From assembly GCA_032718475.1 (NCBI GenBank), contig JAUCBJ010008791.1, positions 1-52,160 on the forward strand: a DNA stretch of 52,160 nucleotides. The letters run 5' to 3'. The notes beneath the pieces were generated by a model. That model saw nothing but the letters and a program-made list of their open reading frames with translations. It did no database searches and was not told where the DNA came from. Positions 13,840 to 25,485 of this stretch are shown one piece after another. Position 1 is the first letter of the stretch. Each line of letters starts with the position of its first letter. Source of the stretch: Nemertoderma westbladi. Taxonomy: Eukaryota; Animalia; Xenacoelomorpha. The translations under genes were made by a program, and so were the position numbers.

Positions 13840-14153
13840 CTTAGATAATTTAAGTAAATTAAATTACTTCCCAATTATACATATAAGGTACAACAATGGG
13901 GAATCCGGATGATAGTAAATATATAATGTTATTTTTATCTGCTGCTATAAATTACAGACTTAAATGTAAGATTAATTCAATTCAATTTATTTATTTATAA
14001 ATTAATTATAATGATGCGGCTTAAATTATTATGCCAGAGCTCAAGTATTTACAATTATTATTGGTGTTCATTTGTTTTTATTTATTATAAATAAAAAGAT
14101 GAGAAGATGTTATAAATATTATATTTTATGAAGTTTTCCCCCAAACAACTAAC

Positions 14154-15431
14154 TTTAGTCAACACGAATATGGTCCTCTTTCCACCTGGATCCATCTCAC
14201 TCGCGAGGTCCGTAACAATGCTCCGTTCCGCATCCACACTCCCGTCCTGCACACACAGAATGATCGCGTTAGGGTTCCCCATATACTGGCGAGACATTCG
14301 GAAGATACTCTCTCGGGTATCGGAGGCCATCCCGGTGGTCTGGGTGCTAATGATCCCGGGTAGATCGACCAACACCATCCGTTGCAACCCGGGCCCCTTC
14401 ACCGACAAACTAATCACGTCACAACTCACTGTAGCCCCGCCCCCCGCCACTGCGTTTTTCATCCGACACTCGATCTCTTGCCGTAATTCCCGGCATTCCT
14501 CGCCTCTATTTAAATCGAACTCCCTGTTCGAGTCTTTAAACTGCGCGATGTGGTACGGGCCCTCGCTTAGAGTCACCTTAACGGGGGAACGCGTCATCAT
14601 CTCTCCGGATCCCCTAGGGAATATATTCGCTCGAGCGATCATTTCTAGAACGCTGGTTTTCCCGCTACTCTGATCGCCGACGACCACAACGCGAGGGAGA
14701 TGGTCCTGCACGTTGTAAGATGTGTCGTAGTCTGATAGTTCATCCAAAACATCGGAATACATATCAATAAGAGATAATTTACGGCTCTTTTTCTTCGAGT
14801 TTCGTTCTGTTTTTTTCAACAATAACTGTTTTTTTAATTGTTTATTTTCTCGCTCGAGATTTTCTATTTGTTTTTGGTATTTTAGTTGGGAATTCATCAT
14901 TGCTTCGTGATGCTGTTCGTTCTGGGCATTTCTTTCGTCCGTTGATGAGTCGCGAGTGGAACTGAAGAACTCAGAAACCGTAGCTACAACGCTTTGTTTC
15001 GGTGTTCGGGATTGTTCCTCCTCGTGAGTTTCATGACTCACGGTAGATAGGTTACTTAATTTGCTTTTTATTTGATTCCAAAGGGGAGGGATCTCGTCCT
15101 TATACCCCTGCACGGATTGCAGCCCAACCCCGAGCAATTCCCGACCTTCTTTATTTAATCTACTTATGTACGGCGAGGCATTGGGAAGACGTTGCTTCCA
15201 TTCCTCGTATGTCTCGTTCACGAGATATAGTCCAGTACCCCCGGCGATTACAACCGCTGTTAACGCGCCATACTTTACAGCTCGCGTAACGAAGCGAATT
15301 CGCCGTGTCGCACCGCGGAAAAACGTTCTACGAGAAACAACAAGTAGAGGAGAAACTCCATCGGATTTAATAACGTTTTTTCTAAGAACGTGGGAAAATA
15401 TACAGCGGTGGTAGAAACGATATGATGACAT
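14154..15431 (-). CDS. OPA1: OPA1 dynamin-like mitochondrial GTPase, coding exon 1
   Basis: ATG at 15431 (MSSYRFYHR...) starts an Arg-rich presequence, then a TM segment, coiled coil, SLIDMYSDVLD, G1 GDQSSGKTS, MMTRSP, DLPG and FVLTK. Donor GTTAGT at 14153. Confidence 0.93.
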
Positions 15432-15647
15432 ATTCTGGTCGTTCAAGGTACTGCAGTACAGCAGTACCGGCTGCCCGGTAACAACGGTACCTACTGCGGT
15501 AATTGAATTACCTCTGTACCTGGACCATGGCAGCACGCAGCAGGAAGGCCTTGGCAGCTTGGTAAAGAATGGGAAATACGAAATAGTCCGTATATTTGTA
15601 TCAATTGTATCAGTGTATTTTAGCAGCGGTATTGTACAGTAGTAAGT

Positions 15648-18206
15648 CAGGGGCGGATCCAAGGGTGGGCTCGGGGGGGGGGGGGGGGGGGGGGGCACAT
15701 GCCCCCCCGGCAATTTTTGAACTATGACTGTAAGCACTAAGCGTACCGAGGGGGGTGGCCATGTGGTGGCTATAGCCACCGCCTAGGAAAATGAGAAAGC
15801 ATACTGAAAAACCCCTTCCATTTGAAGTGAAAAAAATAAATAATAAAAATATTAAAGAGGGTAATATGAGAATATCCCTTGGTACAGTAGTACTGTAGTA
15901 TTATATCAGTTGTGGCCTTCTGGCTGGCCACAAAGGGAAATACATTGCTCTCTTGTAAGGAGAAGTAATTGATTCGAGTCACAACTAATTATGTCTGTAT
16001 GTCATAGGGAGTACAGGAGTCAATGTGCAAGGGGCTCTGTGCTATTTGCTGTATATTAGCTTGTATTCCGACAGCGACAGACCACTAACAAAGTAACGGC
16101 ATAGCATGTGTAATGGCTCTTAGCTTAGGCCGCGCCGCCCCAGCGGATCTAGGACAGTTCCCCCACGGACACCCCCCCCCCCCCCCCCCCCACAAGTAGG
16201 ACACATCCCCCCCAGTTAAAGTGTTAAAATTAATCTGGGTGCACCAAAGCAATAAACACAAGTTAAAGATGGTTACAGGACAAGTTGTATCTAGTTAAGC
16301 TTTTTCAAAATTATAAAAGAAACATTTTTATAGTTAAATTTTTTTTTCTTTTAATTGGGGGCTGCCTCCCCCAAACCCCCGCTTCTTAGGTTGGGGGCTG
16401 CTGGCCCCCAAACCCCCGCTTCTTTTGTTGGGGGCAGCCGCCCCCAAAACCCCGCTTCTTTGGTTGGGGGCTGCCGTTCCCAAACCCCGGCAATTCCCTG
16501 CGAGCCCGTGGTGAAAGACTTTGAGATCATTTTTAAATAATTAATTCATGTTTGTATGATCAGATAATAAATTGACTAAGCCTAAAGTAGGAGCTGTATT
16601 GAATGTTAACCAAATTAATATATAAATTACTACAATATTATATAATTCAACAAAATCCTATTAAAAATATTGGAAGTAACCAGGAAATTTAATTAGTTTA
16701 TCAATATCAGAATATGTAATGCTGAACACAGAATACATTGTACAAGTCGACGCATGTCGATTTTATCCTGGAGAGGAATAATTTTGATTGCAACAATAAT
16801 ATTCATCCCCATCTGCTACAATTTGAAGAAGACTATTACATAATAATACCTTTAATTAAACAATTAATTATTATAATTCTGTAGTTAATAAAAACAGTAT
16901 ATCATTCGGGGGATGGAATTTATAGGTCATCTGATTAATTGTTCAAAGATTAGCAAACAATACATTATATTTGCATTGATAAAATCCATAAATAAAACTT
17001 TGGATACAAAATGTAAAATCGGGATGCTAAAGATCACTTTCTGAGCTACGAAAGGAAAATTGGATACAACTTATCTGGATACAAGCGGTCCGTTTACCTT
17101 ACAAAATAAAAAATAAGAATGTGCGAAGTTAAGAACAGTCGGGGGGGAAGTATCCGGGGGGGGAGAGACAGGCTGACAGGGGGGGGGGGGGGGGGAGTGT
17201 CCGGGGGGAAGTGTCCCAGCATGTAAAACCAATTATCTGCTCCTGCTGTGGAATTGAATTCCCCGAAATTTACTAAATTCTTCCCAAAGTCTTCCCAAGA
17301 AATTAGACAGCCACACACAGGAGGCCGCCTACCAAAGAGACTGGCCTCCTGGCACTGGGCTGGCCTGGTCACAACGAACTACACTGTATGCGGTTCGTAA
17401 TGTGAACTGCAGTCATAGATAGGTTTAATGCCATTCTGCCATTATTAATCAGAAGATAGCTCGAAGCTGATTGGTCAATAGGTCAAGGAACTTAACATCA
17501 AATGGTGCAACAGCACCATCAGGTAGGAAATCTAAATGTAGACCAAAATAATATTATGCAAGGTTGCTGCATCATTACTACAGTAGTATTCCCAATTGTG
17601 TGTGTGAATTATATAAACTACAGTTTGCGTTCAAATATTTATTCAAACATTTTTTAAAATTACAATAGTATAAAGTCAAAGATAATATCGATCATTTTCT
17701 CTATACACCTGTGACAATCCTCCTGATTCCGACGGAGCAACCAGAGCAGCCAGCCTGCCAGCTAAACGGTTACGAGTTTCTCCTGAGCCACTACAGTGAC
17801 AGTAGTTGTACCACCAGTTCTCCTGACTGCCTGATCCGACCGAAACACGGAACCTTAGCCGCCTCCTAGCTGTAGTGTTATCCCCTCTTACATTGACATT
17901 GACGGCACCCATTACAACGACCATGGTAAATATAACTTAGTGCATAATTTACGACCAAACCAGTAACTACCAATCTGCCAGTACCCGAAGTCAAAATATG
18001 GGAGTGTTCTAGCTGTCTAGTGTCCAACATTCATTCCGTCACCAGTGGCTCTCACTGCAGCACTGTACAACGGTCTGAGCTACTCAAGGATTCTTGATGC
18101 TGCCTTCTGTCGCTATTGTGTGTTCTTCACACCGGACAAGTTAACTTATGGAGCATATTTTTGGAATTTTGCCCCCCCGGCTAGGTGACTTCTGGATCCG
18201 CCCCTG
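15648..18206 (+). mobile_element. Internally deleted hAT-type DNA transposon
   Basis: 14-bp TIRs CAGGGGCGGATCCA / TGGATCCGCCCCTG. Flanks TAGTAAGT / TAAGTAAGT look like an imperfect TSD. A TTF-zinc-finger-like remnant (HSFRHQWL...LSYSRILDAAFCRYCVFF) lies at ~18025-18130. Confidence 0.75.
16144..17223. mobile_element. Nested MITE/decayed DNA transposon with C/G-tract TIRs
   Basis: Left end GGACAGTTCCCCCACGGACACCCC, right end GGGGAGTGTCCGGGGGGAAGTGTCC (inverted). Internal ~33-bp TTGGGGGCTGC..CCCCAAACCCCCGCTTC repeats at 16355-16490. Confidence 0.6.
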
Positions 18207-18335
18207 TAAGTAAGTAACGTAAACGTCTGACTGAACTGAACATAACACTGTAACACGAACTGTAGAATATGGAATACTAAATATACAATGTAAATAGGAC
18301 AATATGATAATGCTCTCCATAGCGAAAAATATCAA

Positions 18336-18423
18336 CCGGCCCTATTGGGGCTCGAACCCGGTACCTAGGTTTCAAACTTCTGGTTATCATCAGCCGGGTG
18401 AGTGTACTGAGCTACCAGACCGG
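18336..18423 (-). promoter_or_regulatory. tRNA-like Pol III unit (A box and B box) enclosing the hammerhead; second copy at 18709-18796
   Basis: CCGGTCT-GG-TAGCTCAGT (A-box-like) ... GGTTCGAGCCC (B box) ... GGGCCGG (acceptor-like pairing), followed by TTTTT at 18329-18325. Confidence 0.65.
18356..18399 (-). ncRNA. Minimal type I hammerhead ribozyme, copy 1
   Basis: ACCCGG-CUGAUGA-UAACCAGAAGUUU-GAAA-CCUAG-GUA^CCGGGU. Perfect 6-bp stem I, complete core, palindromic stem III (ACCUAGGU), weak stem II. Confidence 0.85.
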
Positions 18424-18728
18424 ATGAATATTTCGCTATGGAATGGGAGATCATATTAAGGCCATACAATCACTCAAAGTAAAGTACAACTTTCGTTATT
18501 CCCGTGCTCTGCCAGAAATGGCAACCATGCCTCAAAGAATAACTTTTATACAGTGTTGTAGAAACCACTGTAGCCCCGTATGCCTGGCCCAGGCTGTTAG
18601 TTAATAATAATAAGTGAATTGTTGTTGGGCGAGTGACGCGGTGATTGAATCAAATATACAATGTAAATAGGACAATATGATAATGCTCTCCATAGCGAAA
18701 AATATCAACCGGCCCTATTGGGGCTCGA

Positions 18729-18772
18729 ACCCGGTACCTAGGTTTCAAACTTCTGGTTATCATCAGCCGGGT
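18729..18772 (-). ncRNA. Minimal type I hammerhead ribozyme, copy 2
   Basis: Identical to copy 1 and 373 bp away. Confidence 0.85.
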
Positions 18773-21238
18773 GAGTGTACTGAGCTACCAGACCGGATGA
18801 ATATTTCGCTATGGAATGGGAGATCATATTAAGGCCATACAATCACTCAAAGTAAAGTACAACTTTCGTTATTCCCGTGCTCTGCCAGAAATGGCAACCA
18901 TGCCTCAAAGAATAACTATTATACAGTGTTGTAGAAACCACTGTAGCCCCGTATGCCTGGCCCAGGCTGTTAGTTTTATATTATTTTTATTATAAAACGC
19001 CCATATACCCATATACCCATATAATACGCCCATATTTTTCGCTATGGAGAGCATTATCATATTGTCCTATTTACATTGTATATTTGATTCACCGCGTCAC
19101 TCGCCCAACAACAATTCACTTAATATGGAATACTACTGAATCACAGAAAATTAGCTTTCAGATAATTATGTTTAGGTTACTGTTGATATAACTAAAAATG
19201 CTGACTGCGACTCATGCAGTCATGTCTGCTCTGCAGGCAGGCTGCAGCTGTAGATACATAAGATTAGATATTGAGGTAGAGCAGAAAGCGATTTTAGCTT
19301 ATTTGCTTCGTCTATCAGACATCAGACTAAATTATTGATGATGATGTAATTAACGTAATATAATACAGTAATAAATGTAATGTACAGTATGTCTGTCTGT
19401 CTGCGTCTGCCATCTGCCTATATCTGAATATTGAGTATGCACTCTCGAATGGCCAATGTTATGAATCGTGTTAGTCGTGTTACCTTACCATAGCAAAGCA
19501 ACTGGTTGTTATGACAGTATGATGGGTGACATTGTAAGAAGGATGCACCCTACCCGCACTATTTCGAAATTTAAATAAATATACAGTACCGGTATTTCGA
19601 TTTTTTAAACTTTTGAAATTTTTCCCAGATTAATAGACTTAGGCCTATATTAGTAACTTATATTTTGTAATTTTTTAAGTTTTTGTATGTAATAAGAAAT
19701 TCACGAAAAAAAATTTTTGAATTTTTTTTTTCATTTTTCACTGATTATTATTCAAAATTACGACTTTGGTGCTACGAAAATGTAACCTTTTCACATCATT
19801 ATTAGAATCAGCACACCCAAATACCCCGAAAAACACATTATTGATAAGTTTGACCACCATGTAACGTTTTTATCAGGGGGGGGGGGGGTGGGTTATCATG
19901 ACCCCCCAACCCCCCCCCCCCCCCCCCCCCCCCCATAGGCATTGGCGTAAGTGAAAAAGGGCCTAGTAATCCGAGGGTTAGTACATAAATTAATTAAATC
20001 CAAAATTATAATTTTATATACAGTTAGAAATTTATAACTACAGTATGCGTGCGCCAACTGTACTTCTATCTCATACGTGCTACTCCTGTTCCTGTACTCC
20101 TATATATGGAATATTGACAAAAACCGCGCCACAAGGGTTCTGGTTAAACGAAAACCGCGCCAGCCATGTTGAGCAAACTCTACATAAATTCCAACCTAGT
20201 CTGTACTCAGCTGCTCAGATAATACACTGACGTATTCAATTCATATGAACTGAACTACGGAATTAGAATTCCCACTTGAACACTCATCCTTCAACTTGTC
20301 GGATTATGCAACAAAACTTCAGAATTTATTTTGCATTTATTGGGGTCCTTTCCTTTTAAAGTCAGTGCAAAGTTCAAAATAACTGTAATTTGCTAATAAC
20401 AAAATAACAATAACAAAATAACATATACAGTAATAACATAAAATAATAATAAAATATATAAAATAACATAAAAATAACAATAACATTGGCTGTGATGATT
20501 GGCTGGTTTGTTTTGCACATCAACAATCTAAACTGATATACGGGAAGGAATTGAGGGAAGGCGAGGTTGATTATTCAGGTGAAGTAAAAAGAAGCTAAAT
20601 CGCATTCTGCTCTACCTCACCTCAATATCGAATCTTATGTGATGTAGATCAGTAGATGGCAGATGGGTGATGGGATGAGAGACTATTAATTAATGCAAAC
20701 AATATACATTCCTCTTGTGCTCTTTAAATGTTTTTTATTTGAAAAAGGCCCTTTTTCTCACTAATATTTTTTAAAATCTTTTTCACAAATTTCCAGAAAA
20801 TTTGTTAAAAAGTCTTTTTTTAACTAAATTTGTGGAAATTAGTTAAAAAATATACCTTTTTAACTCATTTTAAAATTATTTAAAAAAATACTTTTTTAAC
20901 TAATTTTAGCTTACTGCACAGCTTAAGCTTAAGCTCACACAACTTGGTGATACAGTTGTGGATAGATCTGTCTCATCCGCAGATCCTACAGAGTGGCTGT
21001 TAGCAGTTCCGGACCTGGTGCTGGTGCAGGTGGCAGGCCTAAAGCGTGTCTGTACGTGCTCGAAAATTAAATGCGCAAGATGACGCGATGTTTTCGGAGC
21101 TACAGCCTCAGAAATATTAGGATATCTACAGTATCTGAAAGCGTGGGTAGCATTAATAGAGTATTATACGTTGTAGACAATGATAACGCTGGTGATATTT
21201 TTTTTAAATAAAACAATATATTCGATATAAAAACGTAA

Positions 21239-21455
21239 CGGAAAACACTATTTTCCACTCATTTTCGTTAGCAAAATTAATTTATTCTGCCCTTGTGTGT
21301 TGAGTTTTACACTCGTTGGCATTTTAACCTCTGATCGCTTCGCTCATATGCAGTCATGCTAAAAACATGCCAACTTGCGTAAAACTCAACCACTTTGGAC
21401 AGAATAGTTGAATTTCGCTAAACTGAAAATAAGTGAAAAATAGTGGTGTTTTCCG
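21239..21455. repeat. Long imperfect palindrome centred on TCGCTTCGCTC
   Basis: CGGAAAACACTATTTT...GTTGAGTTTTAC...GTTGGCAT pairs with ATGCCAAC...GTAAAACTCAAC...AAAATAGTGGTGTTTTCCG. Confidence 0.75.
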
Positions 21456-21605
21456 CTTAGTTTTTTTTATCAGATACTACAGTATAATAGTCCTTTTACC
21501 TCCTCTATTTCAGTTTCATTAACAGCTCAACTCCAAAGGAATAGATCTTTCTTTTCGATCTAAGCGTAGGACTACAGTACGTGTAGCTACGCGTACTTCG
21601 ACAGA

Positions 21606-22475
21606 TTGGGTAATATATCACCGTACAGTAGTTTCAGAGCTTTAACATTAACTACGCCAAGCTACGCGCAGGTCCTAGGCTAGACTACGCGTAGTGCTAT
21701 CCATAACTACGCGTAAGCCCATACAGTTATTACCATTTGTATTCCAGTGTAATGTTGTCGAAAATGAGATTAAATGTCCAATGTGTACAGTATGTACGTA
21801 CAGTGGTTTCTGAACAGATACTCCCTACTGTAGTAATATGCTATTATTTACTTCATTTGTTTCGCGTGCAATGTGTTGTAATGTTTAGAGCTCAAAAGTA
21901 GTTCACAAGTAAATAGGTTGGATCTTATCGATCCTTCATCGCCATTTTGTCTCTGTTCAAGAGAAGGCAAGAATATTTAATGTTCTATCGTCTGGGGGTG
22001 GGGTGGAAATTGGGACTAATTATACTGTATAACCATATTGCACTTGTTGATTTTATGAAACAAAATTAATATAATGTACAGTCTACATTTATTCATCCTG
22101 TGTTTGTGTTGTATGTATAAGAACCGAAAATTATTACCAGTGCTGCACAATGTACCGGTACAGTAGAGAAAGTTTTTCTGATAAATGAGATACCTGACAT
22201 ACATACCGATAGATCGATACTTACCTAACAATTCAGCCCCTACCTGAACTGGAATGAAAAATATTTTTTATCAGGACTGCTACGAGTAGCTAACGTAGCA
22301 TTCGTATGCGTTGTTTCTAAATACCTACGCGTAGTCATAAAACACGTACGTGTAATTTCAAAACACCTAACTACAGTACTTCTTGTAATTAATAAGGCAG
22401 TAAGTCTGGCTGACCCGCGGTAAATGACAGGAAGTTACAAATACAAACTACGCGTAGGTCTGAAAGATTACCCAA
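21606..22475. mobile_element. Decayed MITE
   Basis: TTGGGTAAT / ATTACCCAA termini with subterminal CTACGCGTAG-type palindromic repeats at both ends. Confidence 0.4.
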
Positions 22476-22889
22476 CTCCAATTCGGTGGTTTCATGTCAT
22501 TTAACAATTTTTATATTGGAAGGAAGCTCTAAATCTTTTTTGTATACTGATTAATTGCATATGTATATTGCATATGCATACGTACTGTATGTATAATAAT
22601 ATAAAAGATTCTGAAAATTATAGAGTGCTGCAGTGTTAGTTAGGCTTGCTTTGCTGCCCAGACTGAGACCTACAGACCTACACCAAGTGCCAAGCACAGA
22701 TCTAACAGTCTAAACAACTTTGTTTGAATGGCCTTGACTTCAGGACTTACTGACCTCATGGACCTACAGTATACTGTTCAAGTATCTACACTGTTATTTA
22801 TTTATTTAGTGACAAGTTGTAATGACATACAGGCGTGAACATAGACTGATTTACGTGTATATTATTGGGGAAATACTATATCACCGTTA

Positions 22890-23087
22890 AGACCATGAAA
22901 CACCATAGGAGCAGCGAGCGGCAGCGGCAACGGCAAGCGGCCGCGGCGAGCGGCCACTTTTTAAAAATAGAACACATTATTTTCTATGGGGAGATGGGTG
23001 ATGATACACCACAAATTACACCACCGCTCGCCGCTCCTCTAGCTGTATCATATCAAAAGTCGCCGCTCCTATGGTGTGTCATGGCCT
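22890..23087. mobile_element. PIF/Harbinger-type MITE, copy 1
   Basis: TIRs AGACCATGAAACACCA / TGGTGTGTCATGGCCT, TTA on both sides, GAGCGGC subterminal repeats. Confidence 0.8.
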
Positions 23088-23192
23088 TTAATTATGTACT
23101 TATTATTTACGTTACTACATATTTAGCAACCAGTTGCTTGTGGCTTTGATATTCTTTGATATACAGTATTTGATATACTTTGTTAATTCTTA

Positions 23193-23407
23193 AGGCCATG
23201 ATACACCACAAGAGCGGCGAGCGGCAGCGGCAGGGCGAGCGGCCGATGTGAGCGGCGACTTTTACTATGATACACTATACGAGCGGCGAGCGGCAGCAGC
23301 CATTTGTGTTGAATCATCACCCATAGAAAATAATGTGTTTTATTTTTAAAAAGTGGCCGCTCGCCGCGGCCGCTGCCGCTCGCCGCTCCTGTGGTGTATC
23401 ATGGCCT
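23193..23407. mobile_element. PIF/Harbinger-type MITE, copy 2 (inverted relative to copy 1)
   Basis: Perfect TIRs AGGCCATGATACACCAC / GTGGTGTATCATGGCCT with TTA TSD. Confidence 0.85.
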
Positions 23408-24656
23408 TTATCCTGTTAACGTCAATAAACTAATAATAATAATAATACTGTCTGACTGTACAGTAGCCAGGTAGCAGTACTACTGTAACATAACATTGTA
23501 AAATATAGTCGGCCCATACAGCCATACTGCCATCTGGCCATATTCAGATATACCGTTCAGCCGTACTGTAGTAGCAGTACTGCAGTATGCAGCAAGCCTA
23601 AGTTTTACATTTTAGGGCGTAGCAGTCGGCTGCACGCACATCGCCTGTCTTCTAGGCATGGCCATACTCCCATGACCCCAGGACCCATACCACCATAACA
23701 GCATAGGCCAGTAGGCAGATTACTGCCATACCTTACTCCTTACATATACAGATATACGATATACATACCACATACAGACATACTTCAGTACTTTAGGCAG
23801 TTAGGCTACCGCCTACCAGTCTGCCAGTTATAGTTCATATCCGTACCGACCTGACCGATATGATATGATATAAGTACCGGTATGAAATACCTATGTTATT
23901 GAGATAATGTTTATTGTTTTGGTTAGAAAAGCCCACCACTGTAACCTGTTCCTTTCCGTTAATTAAGTATGAAAACCAAAGGAATGGCAGAATGGTGGTG
24001 CTGTGGTGTTGCAGTGTTGTGATGCACTGGCTGACTGGTGCAGGGCTGCCAGGCTGCAGGCAGGGTAGGTCAGTAGGTACAGCGTATCTGCGTACAGGTC
24101 AGGCTGTACTGTACAGTACTCTGGTACCGTTACTGCAGTGGTAGCGGGAAAGCTGGAAAGAGTACCGGTACTGCGGTCAAGTGTGGGGGGTGGGACTCAG
24201 GAGTCAGGACCCAATCGAAATGCATCCATCTACTTCCAGACAGCCTGACAGCCAGCGCAGTGGGGAGAATTTACACAAATACCGGAAACCTGGAAACAGC
24301 TGATTACGGTACGTACCCTACTCCCAAACTAAAACAACATGTTCTATTGACTTGTTTATTGTTTTGGTTATAATAACGTGCCACTGCAAGTGCAACCTGG
24401 TCCTTTCAGCTTTTCCCTTAATTAATAATTTAACATTATTGCGAAATATTACCACCCCCCCCCCCCCCCCCCCCACCCCCCACGCCCCCCTTCAGCCACA
24501 CTGCCGTATTTAATATAGACCTAAATAACAAGTACCGGTAGGCCGATTAGTTTCAATTATAAATATAATTAATTATAATAATAATATTAACTATAATAAT
24601 CTAATAATCGTAGGAATATTTTGCTTATATGCATAGCAATAGCATGCTGCACTACA

Positions 24657-25485
24657 ATGCCTCAAACCTACAAGAAAACTGGGACTCGAAAGTTATATAG
24701 TCGGTCAGAATTAACTCATGCAATAAATCTTATAAATGAAGGACAAACTGTCAGAAACGTTTCCACCACAACTGGAATTCCATTGCGAACTCTAATGCGA
24801 TATAAGTCAGGAGCTGTATCAATACCAAAATCGCCTCAATTTATGAGTATGGTGTTTTTGGAACATGAGGAAAAGGAATTGTCATGGTATTTTATGACAT
24901 GCTCAGATGTGTTCTATGGTTTGAGTACAGAAGATGGGCGACGTCTTGCAAGAGAGTTTGCAGTTAAACTTAATAAAAAGTATCCAAAGAGTTGGGATGC
25001 TAACGAGATGGCTGGAATGGATTGGTTGCGTTCATTCTTAAAACGTAATGGATTATCTTTAAGGAAACCTGAAGTTACATGCAAGGAAAGAGCACAGGAG
25101 TTTAATAAAACTGCAGCATCCTACTTGGACTTGCCCTACTGGCAGCAGCTCATACAGTCTAAGAGCAAGTTAGCCGACTTACTGCCCAGGGACGAGCCAC
25201 ATAAGTCAATCCAATAGTGCAATAAGCGTAGCAAATGATAGTAGAGGTACATCTATCTATATTCTGCACCACCTTGCCGATAATTTCAAGAATTCGGATT
25301 CTTCAACAGGAACAGACGTTGCGTATTATTGTCAGACGGTCATTCTGTGAAGGTTCCGTGCCCATATTGTAAAACTGACTCGTTGTTCCCGGTAAAAATA
25401 CCTACACAGCCGTGACAATGGAATTCTTGTGGCTATAATTCCACCGCTCTACTTCCATCACAGCCTGTGGACGTTGCAGTGTTAA
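24657..25485 (+). pseudogene. pogo/Tigger-like transposase remnant (psq HTH and CENP-B HTH; deleted DDE domain)
   Basis: MPQTYKK...GIPLRTL...EEKEL...AGMDWLRSFLKRNGLSLRKPE...RAQEFNK. Downstream out-of-frame remnants VLLSDGHS and QPVDVAV. Terminal-type GCCGTAACGCGAC repeats at 26035-26147. Confidence 0.85.

Larger units (their letters stand above)
18279..19121 (-). mobile_element. Non-autonomous retrozyme/Penelope-type insertion: 373-bp tandem unit (about 1.9 copies) plus an inverted fragment
   Basis: 18279-18602 repeats at 18652-18975. 19032-19121 is an inverted copy of ~18612-18704. The direct repeat AATATGGAATACTA flanks the whole structure (18266-18279 and 19122-19135). Confidence 0.85.

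Noticed and set aside
15432-15779. 116-aa N-terminal extension of the OPA1 ORF
   Set aside because: It runs through the hAT TIR and poly-G tract. The ATG at 15431 gives a plausible mitochondrial presequence.
16560-17060. Possible Mutator transposase remnant inside the nested element
   Set aside because: Too degenerate to support by eye; would need a translated HMM search.
18336-18423. Genuine tRNA gene
   Set aside because: The D-arm is incomplete, the T-stem has only 3 bp, and the anticodon arm is replaced by the hammerhead.
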